In this document: positions 19,276-29,896 of the stretch, one piece after another
Layout of the letters: each line of letters opens with the position of its first letter
Numbering within the stretch: position 1 is the stretch's first letter
Assembly: GCA_963705305.1 (NCBI GenBank)
Contig: OY970067.1
Coordinates: 864,001-928,000, forward strand
Source of the DNA: an uncultured Methylomirabilota bacterium
GTDB lineage: Bacteria; Methylomirabilota; Methylomirabilia; Methylomirabilales; 2-02-FULL-66-22
Length of the DNA stretch: 64,000 bases
Direction of reading: 5' to 3'
The notes under the pieces: generated by a model
The model's database searches: none
Told to the model about the DNA's origin: nothing
The model's input: the letters and a program-made list of their open reading frames with translations, nothing else
Position numbers and translations under genes: made by a program

Positions 19276-19453
19276 GCCGCCAGCCGGAGTGCGAGGGTAT
19301 TGCCGGCCCCTCCCGCGGGCGGCCCCTGCGCGGTGAGGCCGCCCCCTTGCGGACACGCACGGCAGCGGGTACATCGCGTCCGGCGCCGCCGCGCCTGCCG
19401 GCGGACGGCGGGGAAACCGGCTGTTCTGGCGCCACGAGAGAGGAGGAGCACCG

Positions 19454-20437
19454 ATGCGACGCCTCGTCCTGTTCGCAACAAGCGCACTGACCTTGGCTGC
19501 GCTCCTGGGAGCCGGCGGCCCCGCCGCCGCGGCCGATGCGGTCTCGCTGCGGCTGAACTGGTATCTGGGCGGCCTGCACGCGCCGTTCTACCTCGGCGTG
19601 GAGCGCGGGTACTACCGGGACGAGGGCATCGACCTCTCCATCAATGAGGGGCGGGGATCCCCGGCCTCGGTCCAGATCGTCGGCGCCAAGGGGGACACGT
19701 TCGGCATGTCCGATGCCGGCAGCCTGATGCTGGGGGTGACCAAGGGCGTGCCGATTCGATCGGTGTTCTCGCTGCTCAGCAGCTCGGACTTTGCCATCAT
19801 CTCCCTGGAGGAGCGGGGGATCAGGTCCGTCAAGGACCTGGAGGGAAAGAGCATCGCCGGCTCGGCCGGGGACGGGCCCACGCAGCTCTTTCCGGCCGTC
19901 TGCGAGACCAACGGGGCGAACAAGGACAAGATCAAAGTGGTGTTCATGGATCCGCCCGCCAAGCCGGCGGCCGTAATGGAAAAGAAGGTCGACGCGCTGC
20001 TGGGGGGCGCCAGCGACCAATATTGGCTCATCAAGTACAAGGGGTTCAGGCCGACGGCATTGAAGTATGCGGACCTCGGCGTGGACACGATCGGCATGAC
20101 CATCGCTGCCCACCTGGACACCCTCCGGGAGAAGCCCGACATGGTGCGGCGATTCGTCAAGGCGACGATTCGCTCCTGGGAGGCCGCGCAGAAAGAGCCG
20201 GCGGCGGCCGTGAAGGCGGCGCTCAAGGTCAAGCCGGATCTGAACGCCGCCTCCACCGAGGACCAGCTGCAGACGAACCTGCGCGAGCTGTTCTCAAAGA
20301 ACTCGCAGGGCAAGGCCATCGGCTATTCCGCACCGCTGGACTGGGAAAACACCATGGAGCTGCTCAAGAAGTACCGCGGGCTGCAGACGGACAAGCCGGC
20401 GACTTTCTTCTACACGAACGACTTCATGCCCAGATGA
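19454..20437 (+). CDS. NitT/TauT (NMT1/THI5-like) ABC substrate-binding protein
   Basis: Signal peptide; LRLNW...HAPFY...GYYRDEGIDL, KDLEGK. Confidence 0.9.
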   Translation: MRRLVLFATSALTLAALLGAGGPAAAADAVSLRLNWYLGGLHAPFYLGVERGYYRDEGIDLSINEGRGSPASVQIVGAKGDTFGMSDAGSLMLGVTKGVPIRSVFSLLSSSDFAIISLEERGIRSVKDLEGKSIAGSAGDGPTQLFPAVCETNGANKDKIKVVFMDPPAKPAAVMEKKVDALLGGASDQYWLIKYKGFRPTALKYADLGVDTIGMTIAAHLDTLREKPDMVRRFVKATIRSWEAAQKEPAAAVKAALKVKPDLNAASTEDQLQTNLRELFSKNSQGKAIGYSAPLDWENTMELLKKYRGLQTDKPATFFYTNDFMPR

Positions 20438-20520
20438 TGAGGCCAGGCTCGCCGGATCGTTCAGGGCCGTTAGCTCCGAGGGAGCGCCGCGCGCCCCTCC
20501 GTTCCGCGCAGAGGTGACGC

Positions 20521-21372
20521 ATGACCCTCGGCACATCGGCCCAGGCCGGCCCACGATCGGGCTCCCCGCTGACCAGTATCCAGGTGAGCGGGACGCGGAT
20601 GGTGTTCCGAAAGGGCAGCGCGGAGATCCATGCGCTCGGCGAGATCGATCTCTCCTTCGGTGCTGGAGAGTTCGTCGCCATCGTGGGTCCATCGGGCTGC
20701 GGCAAGAGCACACTCATGCGCATCATCGCCGGGCTGCTGCCGGCCACGGCCGGTCAGGTCGTCTTCGGCGGCCGGCCGGTGACCGGGCCGGTGACGCAGT
20801 TGGGGATCGTCTTCCAGAATCCCGTGCTGCTCAATTGGCGGACGGTCTTGGACAACGTCATGCTCCAGATCGAGATGCGCGGCCTCGACCCACGACGCTA
20901 CCGGGATCAGGCCCGCGCCCTCTTGGAGCTGGTGGGTCTGGGGGATTTCCTGTTCAGCTACCCCCGCGAGCTTTCGGGCGGGATGATGCAGCGCACAGCC
21001 ATCATTCGGGCTCTGATCCATGACCCCCCCGTGCTGTTCATGGACGAGCCCTTCGGCGCCCTGGACGCTCTCACGCGGGAGCAGATGAGAACAGACCTCG
21101 AATCCCTGCTGGCGGATCGCCCCAAGACCGTGCTCTTCATCACCCACAGCATCGACGAAGCGGTGCTGTTGGCCGATCGCGTGGTGGTGATGTCGCCGCG
21201 CCCGGGGCGCATCGAGCGGATCCTGCCCATCGACCTGCCCCGCCCCCGCGGCCTGGAGGGGCGCCTGCTGCCCGGGTTCGCCGCCGCGCACGAGACCATC
21301 ACCGAGATCTTCCTGGCGAGGGGCGTGCTGCGCCGGAAAACATTCTCGCTCTCGCCCTCAGGGGAGGAGTAA
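20521..21372 (+). CDS. NitT/TauT family ABC ATPase
   Basis: GPSGCGKS, LSGGM, MDEPFGALD, ITH. Confidence 0.94.
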   Translation: MTLGTSAQAGPRSGSPLTSIQVSGTRMVFRKGSAEIHALGEIDLSFGAGEFVAIVGPSGCGKSTLMRIIAGLLPATAGQVVFGGRPVTGPVTQLGIVFQNPVLLNWRTVLDNVMLQIEMRGLDPRRYRDQARALLELVGLGDFLFSYPRELSGGMMQRTAIIRALIHDPPVLFMDEPFGALDALTREQMRTDLESLLADRPKTVLFITHSIDEAVLLADRVVVMSPRPGRIERILPIDLPRPRGLEGRLLPGFAAAHETITEIFLARGVLRRKTFSLSPSGEE

Positions 21373-21376
21373 CGTC

Positions 21377-22324
21377 ATGAAGAACTTCGCGCTGAAGGGT
21401 ATTGTTGCCGCCCCGGCTCTGCCCATGCGTCCGGATGCCTCCATCGACTGGGAGTCGTTGCGCTCCTACCTCGGCTGGATCGCCAAGCAGAAGCCCACGG
21501 CCATCGCCATGAATATGGACGCCAGCGAGGGGCCGTCCCTCACCCGGGATGAGATGCTCGAAGTCATCGGGGTGTCACGCGAGGTGATCAACGGCGCCTG
21601 TCCCCTCGTCTCCGGGTTGATCGTCGGCTCGACCGCCGACGCCGTGGCGTTCGGCAAGGAGCTCAAGGGAGCCGGCGCCCAGGGGCTGGCCATTTTCCCG
21701 CCCTTCCCGACCTTCCTCGGCAACCCCGTGCCCAGCCGGATGATCTACGACTACCACAAGGCCATTGCCGACGGCGTGGACCTGCCGCTCATCGCCTTTC
21801 AGTTCCCGAAGGCGTGGGGCCCGGACTTCCCCCCGGAGACGCTGCGCGAGCTCGTGAAGATCCCTCAGCTGATCGGGCTGAAGGAAGCCTCCTTCGATAC
21901 CACCAAGACGCTGGAGACCATCGACGCGGCCCGGGCGCTCCCCCGCAAGATCGGGATCATGACCGGCAGCGATACCTTCATTCTCGAGGCGATGATTTTC
22001 GGGTGCGACGGGGCCCTGATCGGCTTCGCCGGGACGGCCACCGACCGGCTCATCCGCATGTACGAGGCCGTCTTGACAAAGGATTTTGATGCCGCCTTCG
22101 AGATCTGGAGGCGTCTGGGCCCGCTTGCACGCTACTGCTGGCGAGCCCCCATCCGCGACTACCGGCCACGGATGAAAGAGGTTCTGGTGATGCAGGGGCT
22201 GATCGCCCACGCCACCGTCCGGCCCCCGCAGCTCCCGGTGGACGATGCCGAGCGCGCCGAGCTGCGCCGCCTGGCAGAACATGCAGGGCTGATCAGCCGG
22301 AGGAGGGCGCGCAGGGCCTCGTAG
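21377..22324 (+). CDS. DapA/NanA family class I aldolase or lyase
   Basis: LKGI...IDWESL, EGPSLT, IGLKEAS (Schiff-base Lys), TGSD, GCDGAL. Confidence 0.87.
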   Translation: MKNFALKGIVAAPALPMRPDASIDWESLRSYLGWIAKQKPTAIAMNMDASEGPSLTRDEMLEVIGVSREVINGACPLVSGLIVGSTADAVAFGKELKGAGAQGLAIFPPFPTFLGNPVPSRMIYDYHKAIADGVDLPLIAFQFPKAWGPDFPPETLRELVKIPQLIGLKEASFDTTKTLETIDAARALPRKIGIMTGSDTFILEAMIFGCDGALIGFAGTATDRLIRMYEAVLTKDFDAAFEIWRRLGPLARYCWRAPIRDYRPRMKEVLVMQGLIAHATVRPPQLPVDDAERAELRRLAEHAGLISRRRARRAS

Positions 22325-22352
22325 CAGCACACCTTCACCGGGGGTCTTTTCG

Positions 22353-23820
22353 ATGTCGAAGCGCGTGTCGTTCCCCGCCATCGGGTCCCTGAAGGACGTG
22401 GCCGCCTTCAAGGCCCACCTCGCCACCCTCCCGATCCATCTCGACTGCGACGATGAGCTTGCGCCTCGCCAGCGGAGCGTCCTGGCGCAGCCGATCAGGG
22501 CGGAGGGGACGTCAAATCGGCAATCGATTCTGCATCCACGCCATGGGAGGAATGGACGGCACCCCCGATGGCCGGGTGACCGACCTCGTCACCCGGCGGT
22601 GGGTGAATTTCGGGCGCTCGGGCGCCAAGCTCATCTGGGGAGGCGAGGCGGCGGCGGTGAGGGCCGACGCCCGCGATAACCCTTACCAGCTCTACTACCA
22701 CCCGGACAACCGGGCGTCGCAAGAGAAGCTGCTCCGCGACACCCGGCAGGCCCATCGCGAGCGCTTCGGCACAACCGAGGATCTGCTGGTGGGGCTACAG
22801 ATCTCGCATTCCGGCCGGTACTGCCGGCCGGACCTGGATTTCCGGGCGAAGCCGCGGGTCACCTATCGCCATCCATTGTTGGACGCACGCTCCGGGGTCG
22901 AGGACGATCGTGCCGTGTTGTCGGACATGGAGCTGGACGATCTCGTCGGCGATTTCGTGGCCTATGCGAAGTTCGCGCACGAAGCCGGATTCGACTTCGT
23001 CGATGTCAAGCAATGCCACGGGTATCTGCTGCACGAGATGCTTTCGGCCCACACGCGACCGGGCCCGTACGGCGGGAGCTTCGAGAATCGCACCCGGCTG
23101 TTTCGGGAGATCGTGGCCGCCATCAGGCGCGATGTCCCCGGCCTCATCCTGGGCACGCGCATCTCGATATTCGACACGGTTCCCTTTCAGAAGCCCCCGG
23201 CGGATCCTGCCGGACCCGGCGAACCCGTGGATTACCAGCATCTCCTGCCCTACCGCTATGGCTTCGGGGTCGATCCGCTGCGCCCCACACAGCCCGACCT
23301 GGCCGAGCCGTTCGATCTCTTGAGGCTCTGTGGCCAGCTGGGCATCACGCTGGTCAATCTTTCCGCCGGATCCCCGTATTACAACCCTCACATCCAGCGT
23401 CCGGCCCGATTCCCCCCCTGTGACGGGTATCAGCCCCCTGAGGATCCGCTCATCGGATGTTCCAGGCAGATCGAGATCGTGGCCCGCTGCAAGCAGGAAT
23501 TCTCCCAGCTCGTCCTCGTGGGCAGCGGGTATTCCTACCTGCAGGAATACCTGAGCCACGTGGCCCAAGCCCAGGTGCGCTTGGGTCACGTGGACTTCGT
23601 GGGCATCGGTCGGCTTTCCCTGGCCTATCCGGAGTACCCCCATGATCTGCTTTGCGGGGGGGCGGTCCAGCGAAAGCGGCTCTGCCGGACGGACAGCGAT
23701 TGCACAACGTCGATGCGCAATCGTCTGGTGTCAGGTTGCTACCCCTTCGATCCGTTCTACAAGGGCCGACCCGAGGCGGAAAAACTGAAGCGGATCAAGA
23801 AAGGCTTACCCCCCGAATAG
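22353..23820 (+). pseudogene. NADH:flavin oxidoreductase (OYE-like), split by a +1 frameshift near 22505-22508
   Basis: N-terminus in ORF 22353..22679; remainder (IGNRF, QISHSGR, DVKQCHGYLLHE, YGGSFENRTR) in the 22453 frame. Removing one G from the G4 run joins them. Confidence 0.8.
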
Positions 23821-23948
23821 GGGAATGGGACGGGAGACGGCGTCGGCGGGCCAGGGAGAAATCCGTTGACTCCCCGCGAGGGGAAGCGGTAGCATCAGGC
23901 CACGTGGAGCTCTGGTCGCCCCCGACGCCCCTGGTGACGGAGGAAGCC

Positions 23949-24209
23949 TTGACGGGTTCCCTGGCGGCCCCGCGATCCGATGCCCGGCCCGGCCGACGCT
24001 TCCCGCTCCAGCTCCCCCTGTTCGATCTTCTGGTGGTCTGCTGTTCCTGCTTTCGTCTGAAGGTCGCCCGCGGCTGGACTAGGCATCCCGTGCATCCCGG
24101 GGATTACCCCGAAACGCCATTCTCCCACGGTATCTGCCCGACCTGCTTCAAGCGGCTCTACCCCGATCTCAACGTCCCCCCGTCTCTCCAGGGCCGCCAA
24201 AGCAATTGA
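23949..24209 (+). CDS. Small putative zinc-binding protein
   Basis: CCSC...W...FSHGICPTC; TTG start after GGAGGA. Confidence 0.55.
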   Translation: MTGSLAAPRSDARPGRRFPLQLPLFDLLVVCCSCFRLKVARGWTRHPVHPGDYPETPFSHGICPTCFKRLYPDLNVPPSLQGRQSN

Positions 24210-24548
24210 CGCCCCCGCCATCAGGCAGCCGTTGATCGCCTCAGGTCCCCAGAGCCTCACGGATGGGACCGGGAACACTCCCGCCTGCATGGACGTCGCT
24301 TGACGTTTTTCTAGTGCAATGATACTTTCCGCCCAAAAATCGAGACGGAATCGCGGCTTCGATCTGGATCATGCTTTCGGGGGGGCGCCTCTCCAGGAGA
24401 GCCCCTTGAAAAGCTGGCGGGCCATCTTGGCGATTCAAGGGGTCGAGGGGGCTTCGGAACGGACGGGGGTAGCCTCCGGCGCGGCCTCCCGCATGGGCCG
24501 GTGGGTCAAGTACCGATAGCACACCAGAGCAGGATCAGGAGGAGAGAG

Positions 24549-25847
24549 ATGGAGGCGAAGGGACCATCCACCAAGGGCGTAATCGCCATAATCATCGGGA
24601 ACATGCTCGAATGGTTTGACTTCGGCATCTTCGCGTTCATGACGCCGATAATCAGCAGCGTCTTTTTCCCGGTCAATCCCAGCATTCCCGGCAGCGAAAT
24701 CAACTCCATCCTCGCCACCACGGCCGTATTTGGCGCCGGGTTCCTCATGCGCCCCATCGGCGCCATCGTGCTCGGCGTCTACGGCGACAAGAAGGGGAGG
24801 AAGAGTGCCCTCCTGCTCGTGATGACACTCATGGGGGTGTCGGTTGCCCTGATGACGTTTGCTCCCACATACATGGCGGTAGGCGTCCTGGCCCCCCTGA
24901 TTCTTCTGGTTGCCCGGTTGTTGCAGGGCTTTTCTGTGGGCGGAGAATTCGGCCCGTCGACGGCGATGCTGGTCGAGGTTGCGCCCGGCAACCGCAAAGG
25001 GATCTACGGCTCGTGGCAAATGACCGGGCAGGTTGCCTCGTTCTTGTTGAGTGCCGCCCTGGGCGCGGTTTTGACGGCGATGTTCACAAAAGAGCAGTTG
25101 ATGGCGGGTGCCTGGCGCATTGCCTTTGGGTTTGGCCTGATCATCGTGCCCATTGCATTCTATATCCGGAGAAGCTTGGTCGAAACCGAAGAGTTCCAGC
25201 AGATTGTTCGGGCCAGGACGGCATCTGCGACCAAAGGCCTCGGCATCGCCAGCGATCTGCAACACGGTATTCCCCGTCTGCTGCTCGCCTGTGGTTTGGT
25301 GACGGCCAGCACCGTTTCTTTCTGGGTCGCCTTTGCCTACCTGCAGACGTTCGCCAGCAAGACACTCAATCTGCCGATTCACGATGCGTTCGTGGTTCAA
25401 ACGATCAGCGCGGTGATGATGCTGGGTCTTGTCCCGCTTTCAGGTTTTCTGTCCGACCGGTTCAACCGCAAGACCATCCTCCTGCTTTCGCTGCTGGGGT
25501 ACTTGATCACGATCTACCCGCTGTACGCATGGCTGACCGGCGCCCCGAGCATTGCAAAGCTCTGGGTAGTCGAGTTGACGGTGTGCTTCTTCATGGCGAT
25601 ATTCATCGGGACGTACTGCACCGTTTTCGCCTTGCTGTTCCCGACGCGAAGCCGATCCACCAGCCTGTCGATCGTGAACAACCTCACCGTGCTGATCACG
25701 GGGGGATTTGCCCAATTCATTGTGACATGGCTGATAAAGGTTACCGGATCCCCGATGGCGCCCGCCTACTACATGCTGGCCGGCGTAGCGCTGGGATTCA
25801 TTGCCGCTCTCTTCCTGCGCAGAGAAGAGATGGCCCCTGTCCTCTGA
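24549..25847 (+). CDS. MFS metabolite:H+ symporter (ProP/CitA/KgtP-like)
   Basis: GNMLEWFDF, FLMRPIG, GDKKGRK, RLLQGFSVGGE. Confidence 0.93.
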   Translation: MEAKGPSTKGVIAIIIGNMLEWFDFGIFAFMTPIISSVFFPVNPSIPGSEINSILATTAVFGAGFLMRPIGAIVLGVYGDKKGRKSALLLVMTLMGVSVALMTFAPTYMAVGVLAPLILLVARLLQGFSVGGEFGPSTAMLVEVAPGNRKGIYGSWQMTGQVASFLLSAALGAVLTAMFTKEQLMAGAWRIAFGFGLIIVPIAFYIRRSLVETEEFQQIVRARTASATKGLGIASDLQHGIPRLLLACGLVTASTVSFWVAFAYLQTFASKTLNLPIHDAFVVQTISAVMMLGLVPLSGFLSDRFNRKTILLLSLLGYLITIYPLYAWLTGAPSIAKLWVVELTVCFFMAIFIGTYCTVFALLFPTRSRSTSLSIVNNLTVLITGGFAQFIVTWLIKVTGSPMAPAYYMLAGVALGFIAALFLRREEMAPVL

Positions 25848-26039
25848 ATAGACGCACGGGTCGACGGAGATGATCCGAGCCGCGGGTCGCTCCGTCAGTC
25901 TGATCTCCGACACCGGGTCCGGTTTATCCGCCGGCGTGGGCACGCTCGATCTTGCGTCAACGGGGAGTGATCCTCCTTGCCCGCGGGAAGGCTGCTCCGC
26001 TCTGGATGCGTAGGTCGGGCCCTGAAGAGGAAAGCGCTG

Positions 26040-27008
26040 ATGACCAAGCGCGAGCGAATGCAGGCTGTCATCCACGGGAAACCCGTGGATCGAATTCCAG
26101 TCAGCTTCTGGTGGCATTATCCGGAGATCGACGATCGTCCCGATCTCCTCGCTGAGGCCATCGTCCGGGACCATCGCGCCTACGATCTCGATTTTGTCAA
26201 GATGATGCCCAGCGGCATGTTCGGCGTGGAGGACTGGGGGTGCCGGGTGGGGGATCCGGACCCGGAACTCGGGTTCAAGCGACTGCTGTCTGGCCCCATC
26301 CGAGTCCTCGAGGACTGGCGAAAGGTCACCCCGCGGCCTCCCGATCAAGGCGCGCGGGGACGCGAGCTCCGCTGTCTCGAACTGGTGCGGAAGGCTTTGC
26401 CAGATGCGGTGATCCTCCAGACCGTATTCGGCCCCCTCACCAACGCCGCCAAGCTGGCCGGCAAGTCCCTGCTCTTGGAGCATCTCCGGGAGAGCGAGCC
26501 ATCGGTCCTGGCGGCGCTGGAGGCCATCACCCGCACGGAAGAAGCCTACGTCACCGCCTGCCTGGAGCGGGGGGCCACCGGAATTTTCCTCGCCACCCAG
26601 TTCGCCGGAGATAACCTGCTGACCGCGGCAGAACACCAGCGCTGGTGCGCTCCGTTCGAGTCGAGGCTGCTCGCTCTTCTGCGCGGACGCTCCGAGTTCT
26701 CTCTCCTGCACCTTCATGGCCAGGCCATATTCTTCGACCGCTTCGCACAATACCCGATTCCCGCCCTGAGCTGGGAGGACACCTCCCTGTCTATGGCCGA
26801 GGGGCGCCGTCGGTTTCCAGGCGTCGTCGTCGGCGGCTTGGATCGGACCGGCTGGATCGTCTCAGCGTCACCAGAGGTCGTCCGGACAAAGACCGGGACC
26901 TTATTGCGGGAACTGGGAACGGAGCGGGCCGTTCTCGCGCCAGGTTGTGTCATGGCGCTTCGGACCCCCCCGGAAAATCTCCACGCGGCGCGCAATACGG
27001 TCAGTTGA
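26040..27008 (+). CDS. URO-D superfamily protein
   Basis: KRERM...VDRIPVSFWWH, TVFGP, LHLHG, LAPGC...PENL. Confidence 0.82.
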   Translation: MTKRERMQAVIHGKPVDRIPVSFWWHYPEIDDRPDLLAEAIVRDHRAYDLDFVKMMPSGMFGVEDWGCRVGDPDPELGFKRLLSGPIRVLEDWRKVTPRPPDQGARGRELRCLELVRKALPDAVILQTVFGPLTNAAKLAGKSLLLEHLRESEPSVLAALEAITRTEEAYVTACLERGATGIFLATQFAGDNLLTAAEHQRWCAPFESRLLALLRGRSEFSLLHLHGQAIFFDRFAQYPIPALSWEDTSLSMAEGRRRFPGVVVGGLDRTGWIVSASPEVVRTKTGTLLRELGTERAVLAPGCVMALRTPPENLHAARNTVS

Positions 27009-27240
27009 TCGGGCAGCTCGGCGTCCCCGAGACCGGGGATGCGTCGGCCCCGGCCACCCAATCGTCGGGGGCGACATCCCGCCGTCATCGGCGATGGAGA
27101 AGCGACAGGGACCGCGGCATCTCCTGATTTGATCCTGAGGCAACATTTGCTCCCTCGCACGCCCTCTCCGCGTCTCCGCTCCCCCCTGTCCCTTTCTCTC
27201 CCCTTCACCCCTGTTGCTCTCGGGCCCCTGACGCCTGTCG

Positions 27241-27530
27241 GTGAAACGGCTCTTCTTCGAATTTGGCGCGGGCGGTCTGCCGGCCGCGCTTCGGGCCTAC
27301 GGCCACCTGCTTGCCGACGGCCGGTCCCTGGGCTTCGCCGCGGCCAGCGGCCTCACCTCCGGGACGCTGTTCGCCTACATCGCCGGCTCGCCGTTCGCCT
27401 TCATCGAGCTGCATGGCGTCCGTCCGGAACGCTGCGGTCTGCTCTTCGGATGCATCGCGGGCACCGGCTTGGTGCAGCCCAACGCCCTCGCGCTGGCGCT
27501 CGCCCCCCATGGACGGCAGGCCAGCAGGAA
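27241..27530 (+). pseudogene. Fragment of a Bcr/CflA-type MFS efflux gene
   Basis: YGHLL...LFAYIAGSPFAFIELHGV...GLLFG joined to GLVQPNALALALAPHG; apparently internally deleted, no N-terminus. Confidence 0.55.
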
Positions 27531-27712
27531 ATCTTTGGACAGTCGGACGGCCGCCTTGCTACCATCAGGGCTGCTCGGTCGGCCGGGGGCCGATCGCGGC
27601 CAGCGGAAAGACGACCCCGCGGGGTTGCCGCCCCCGTTAAGAGAACCGCCCACGGCGTCGCGGCGGGATGGCATCCCGACGCGGCCGCCCGGACACACCC
27701 AAGGAGATCCGC

Positions 27713-28756
27713 ATGTCCCAGCTTTTTTCGCCGCTCTCTCTGCGCTCTGTCGCCGTCAGGAACCGCATCGTCATGTCGCCCATGTGCATGTACTCGGCGG
27801 GCCAGGACGGGAGGGCCACCGACTTCCATCTGGCCCACCTGGCCTCCCGCGCCGTCGGGGGAGCCGGCTTGATCCTCACCGAGGCCGCGGCGGTGGAGGC
27901 CCGGGCCCGGATCAGCGTGAACGACCTCGGCCTCTGGGACGACGCCCAGGTCGAGCCCCTGGCGCGCATCGTGCGCCTCTGCAAGGCTCAGGGCGCGGCA
28001 GTGGGCGTCCAGCTCGCGCATGCCGGCCGCAAGGCCTGGACCCCCACCAAGGGGAAGGGCCCGTTCCCCTCCGTCGCCCCCAGCGCGATCCCCTTTGACG
28101 CCGACTGGGTCGCGCCGCGAGAGCTGACCGAGCCGGACATGGACGCCATCCTCCCGGCCTACGAGGCCGCCACCCGGCGGGCGGTGGCCGCCGGTTTCGA
28201 TGTGATCGAGATCCACGCCGCCCACGGGTATTTTCTCCACCAGTTCCTGTCCCCGATCTCGAACCGCCGCACGGACGCGTATGGGGGATCGCTGGAGAAC
28301 CGGGCCCGCATGCTCCTCCGGGTGGTGGACGCCGTGCGCAAGGTCCTGCCCGAGTCGCAGCCCCTGTTCGTCCGGCTGTCCTGCACCGACTGGGTCGAGG
28401 GCGGGGTGACCATCGACGACCAGGTCCTGGTGGCCCGGTGGCTGCGGACCCGCGGGGCGGATGTGGTGGATTGCTCCTCCGGGGGCAGCACACCCCAGCT
28501 TCCCCCGGTCGGGCCGGGCTACCAGGTGCCCTTCGCCGAGCGGATCCGGCGCGAGGCGGGGATCGCCACCATGGCGGTGGGGTTGATCACGACGCCGGAG
28601 CTGGCCGAGGAGATCGTGCGCAACGGGCGCGCCGACCTGGTGGCGATGGGCCGCGAGCTGCTCCGGAATCCGTACTGGCCCCTGCACGCGGCGCGGGCGC
28701 TGGGGCACGACCTCGCCTGGCCCACCCAGTACCAGCGGGCCAAGCCGGTGAATTGA
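27713..28756 (+). CDS. namA: NADPH dehydrogenase, YqjM/NamA-type old yellow enzyme
   Basis: RNRIVMSPMCMY, QLAHAGRK, IHAAHGY, PGYQVPFA, GRELLRNPYW. Confidence 0.9.
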   Translation: MSQLFSPLSLRSVAVRNRIVMSPMCMYSAGQDGRATDFHLAHLASRAVGGAGLILTEAAAVEARARISVNDLGLWDDAQVEPLARIVRLCKAQGAAVGVQLAHAGRKAWTPTKGKGPFPSVAPSAIPFDADWVAPRELTEPDMDAILPAYEAATRRAVAAGFDVIEIHAAHGYFLHQFLSPISNRRTDAYGGSLENRARMLLRVVDAVRKVLPESQPLFVRLSCTDWVEGGVTIDDQVLVARWLRTRGADVVDCSSGGSTPQLPPVGPGYQVPFAERIRREAGIATMAVGLITTPELAEEIVRNGRADLVAMGRELLRNPYWPLHAARALGHDLAWPTQYQRAKPVN

Positions 28757-29004
28757 ATCCCAAGTTCGTAAATTATTCATCAGCCGCATAACCCCTGGTC
28801 CCCCGGGTCGGCCCGAGACGCCGCGCCCGCGGGCGAGCCCGGCCCCGGCCCGGAGGCCGCCGCTCTGGGGCGGGCCGACCCGGGGTGAGGGCGAAGCCGG
28901 CATCGACGAGGCGCCAGGCGTCCGAGGGGTGGCCCGGGGGACCGGGACACGCTACAGTAGTTGCGAAGAACAAGAGTGAGCACCTGCCCTGCGCGGAGGA
29001 CGGC

Positions 29005-29790
29005 ATGCCTTTCCAATTCTTCGGAACATCCGGCGCGATTCCCTCGCCCAACCGGGACAACACGGCGCTGGCCTTCTATTCGGAGGATGAGGTCGTCCTG
29101 GTGGACTGCTCCGGCAGCCCGTACCAGAAGATCCTCCAGGCGGGGCTGGACCCCAAGCGCGTCTCCTCCCTGATCGTGACCCACCGCCACGTGGATCACG
29201 TCTATGGCATCCCGTCGCTGGCCCACAACCTGGGGCTGGCCGGGCGGCGGGCGACGCTCCACGTCCACGCCCTGCCCGAGACGATGACGATCCTGCGCGG
29301 CTTCCTGGACCTGTTCCCGCTGGAGGCGAAGATGCCCTACCGCATCCAGCTTCACGAGGTGCCGCCCAAGGAGAACTTCCGGCTGTTGCGGGCCAAGGGC
29401 TTTTCCATCGAGTCCACGCCGGTCAAGCACGGGGCTCCCAACATCGGCTTGCGCGTGGAGTTTCGCTCGGCGCACGAACACGGCAGCGTCGTCTACAGCA
29501 GCGACACCAGTCCCTGCGCGACCCTCATCGCCCTCGCGCGCGGCGCCGACGTCCTGATCCACGAAGCGACCTTCCTGCATGCCGACGCCCAGCGGGCGGC
29601 CGCGGACGGCCATACCACCGGCTACCAGGCCGGCGAGGTGGCGCGCCAGGCCGAGGTCGGGCGCCTGCTCCTCTGCCACTTCCAGGCCGCCCTGCACGGG
29701 CGGGAGGGCGAGCTGTGCCAGGAGGCCGCCCAGGCGTACGACGGCCCGGTGGAGATCCCGGAAGAGCTGCGGGAATACCGGGTCGGATGA
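29005..29790 (+). CDS. RNase Z-like MBL-fold hydrolase
   Basis: FGTSGAIP, LVDC, THRHVDH, SSDT, IHEATF, HTT. Confidence 0.85.
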   Translation: MPFQFFGTSGAIPSPNRDNTALAFYSEDEVVLVDCSGSPYQKILQAGLDPKRVSSLIVTHRHVDHVYGIPSLAHNLGLAGRRATLHVHALPETMTILRGFLDLFPLEAKMPYRIQLHEVPPKENFRLLRAKGFSIESTPVKHGAPNIGLRVEFRSAHEHGSVVYSSDTSPCATLIALARGADVLIHEATFLHADAQRAAADGHTTGYQAGEVARQAEVGRLLLCHFQAALHGREGELCQEAAQAYDGPVEIPEELREYRVG

Positions 29791-29896
29791 CTCCCCGCCG
29801 CGTGTCGGCTCGACGGCCCGTCCACCAGAAAGCCCTTGCTGCCCTTGGATCCGGAGGGTAAACTGATTCACTTGATGCTTTTCGCGAGGGTACCTC

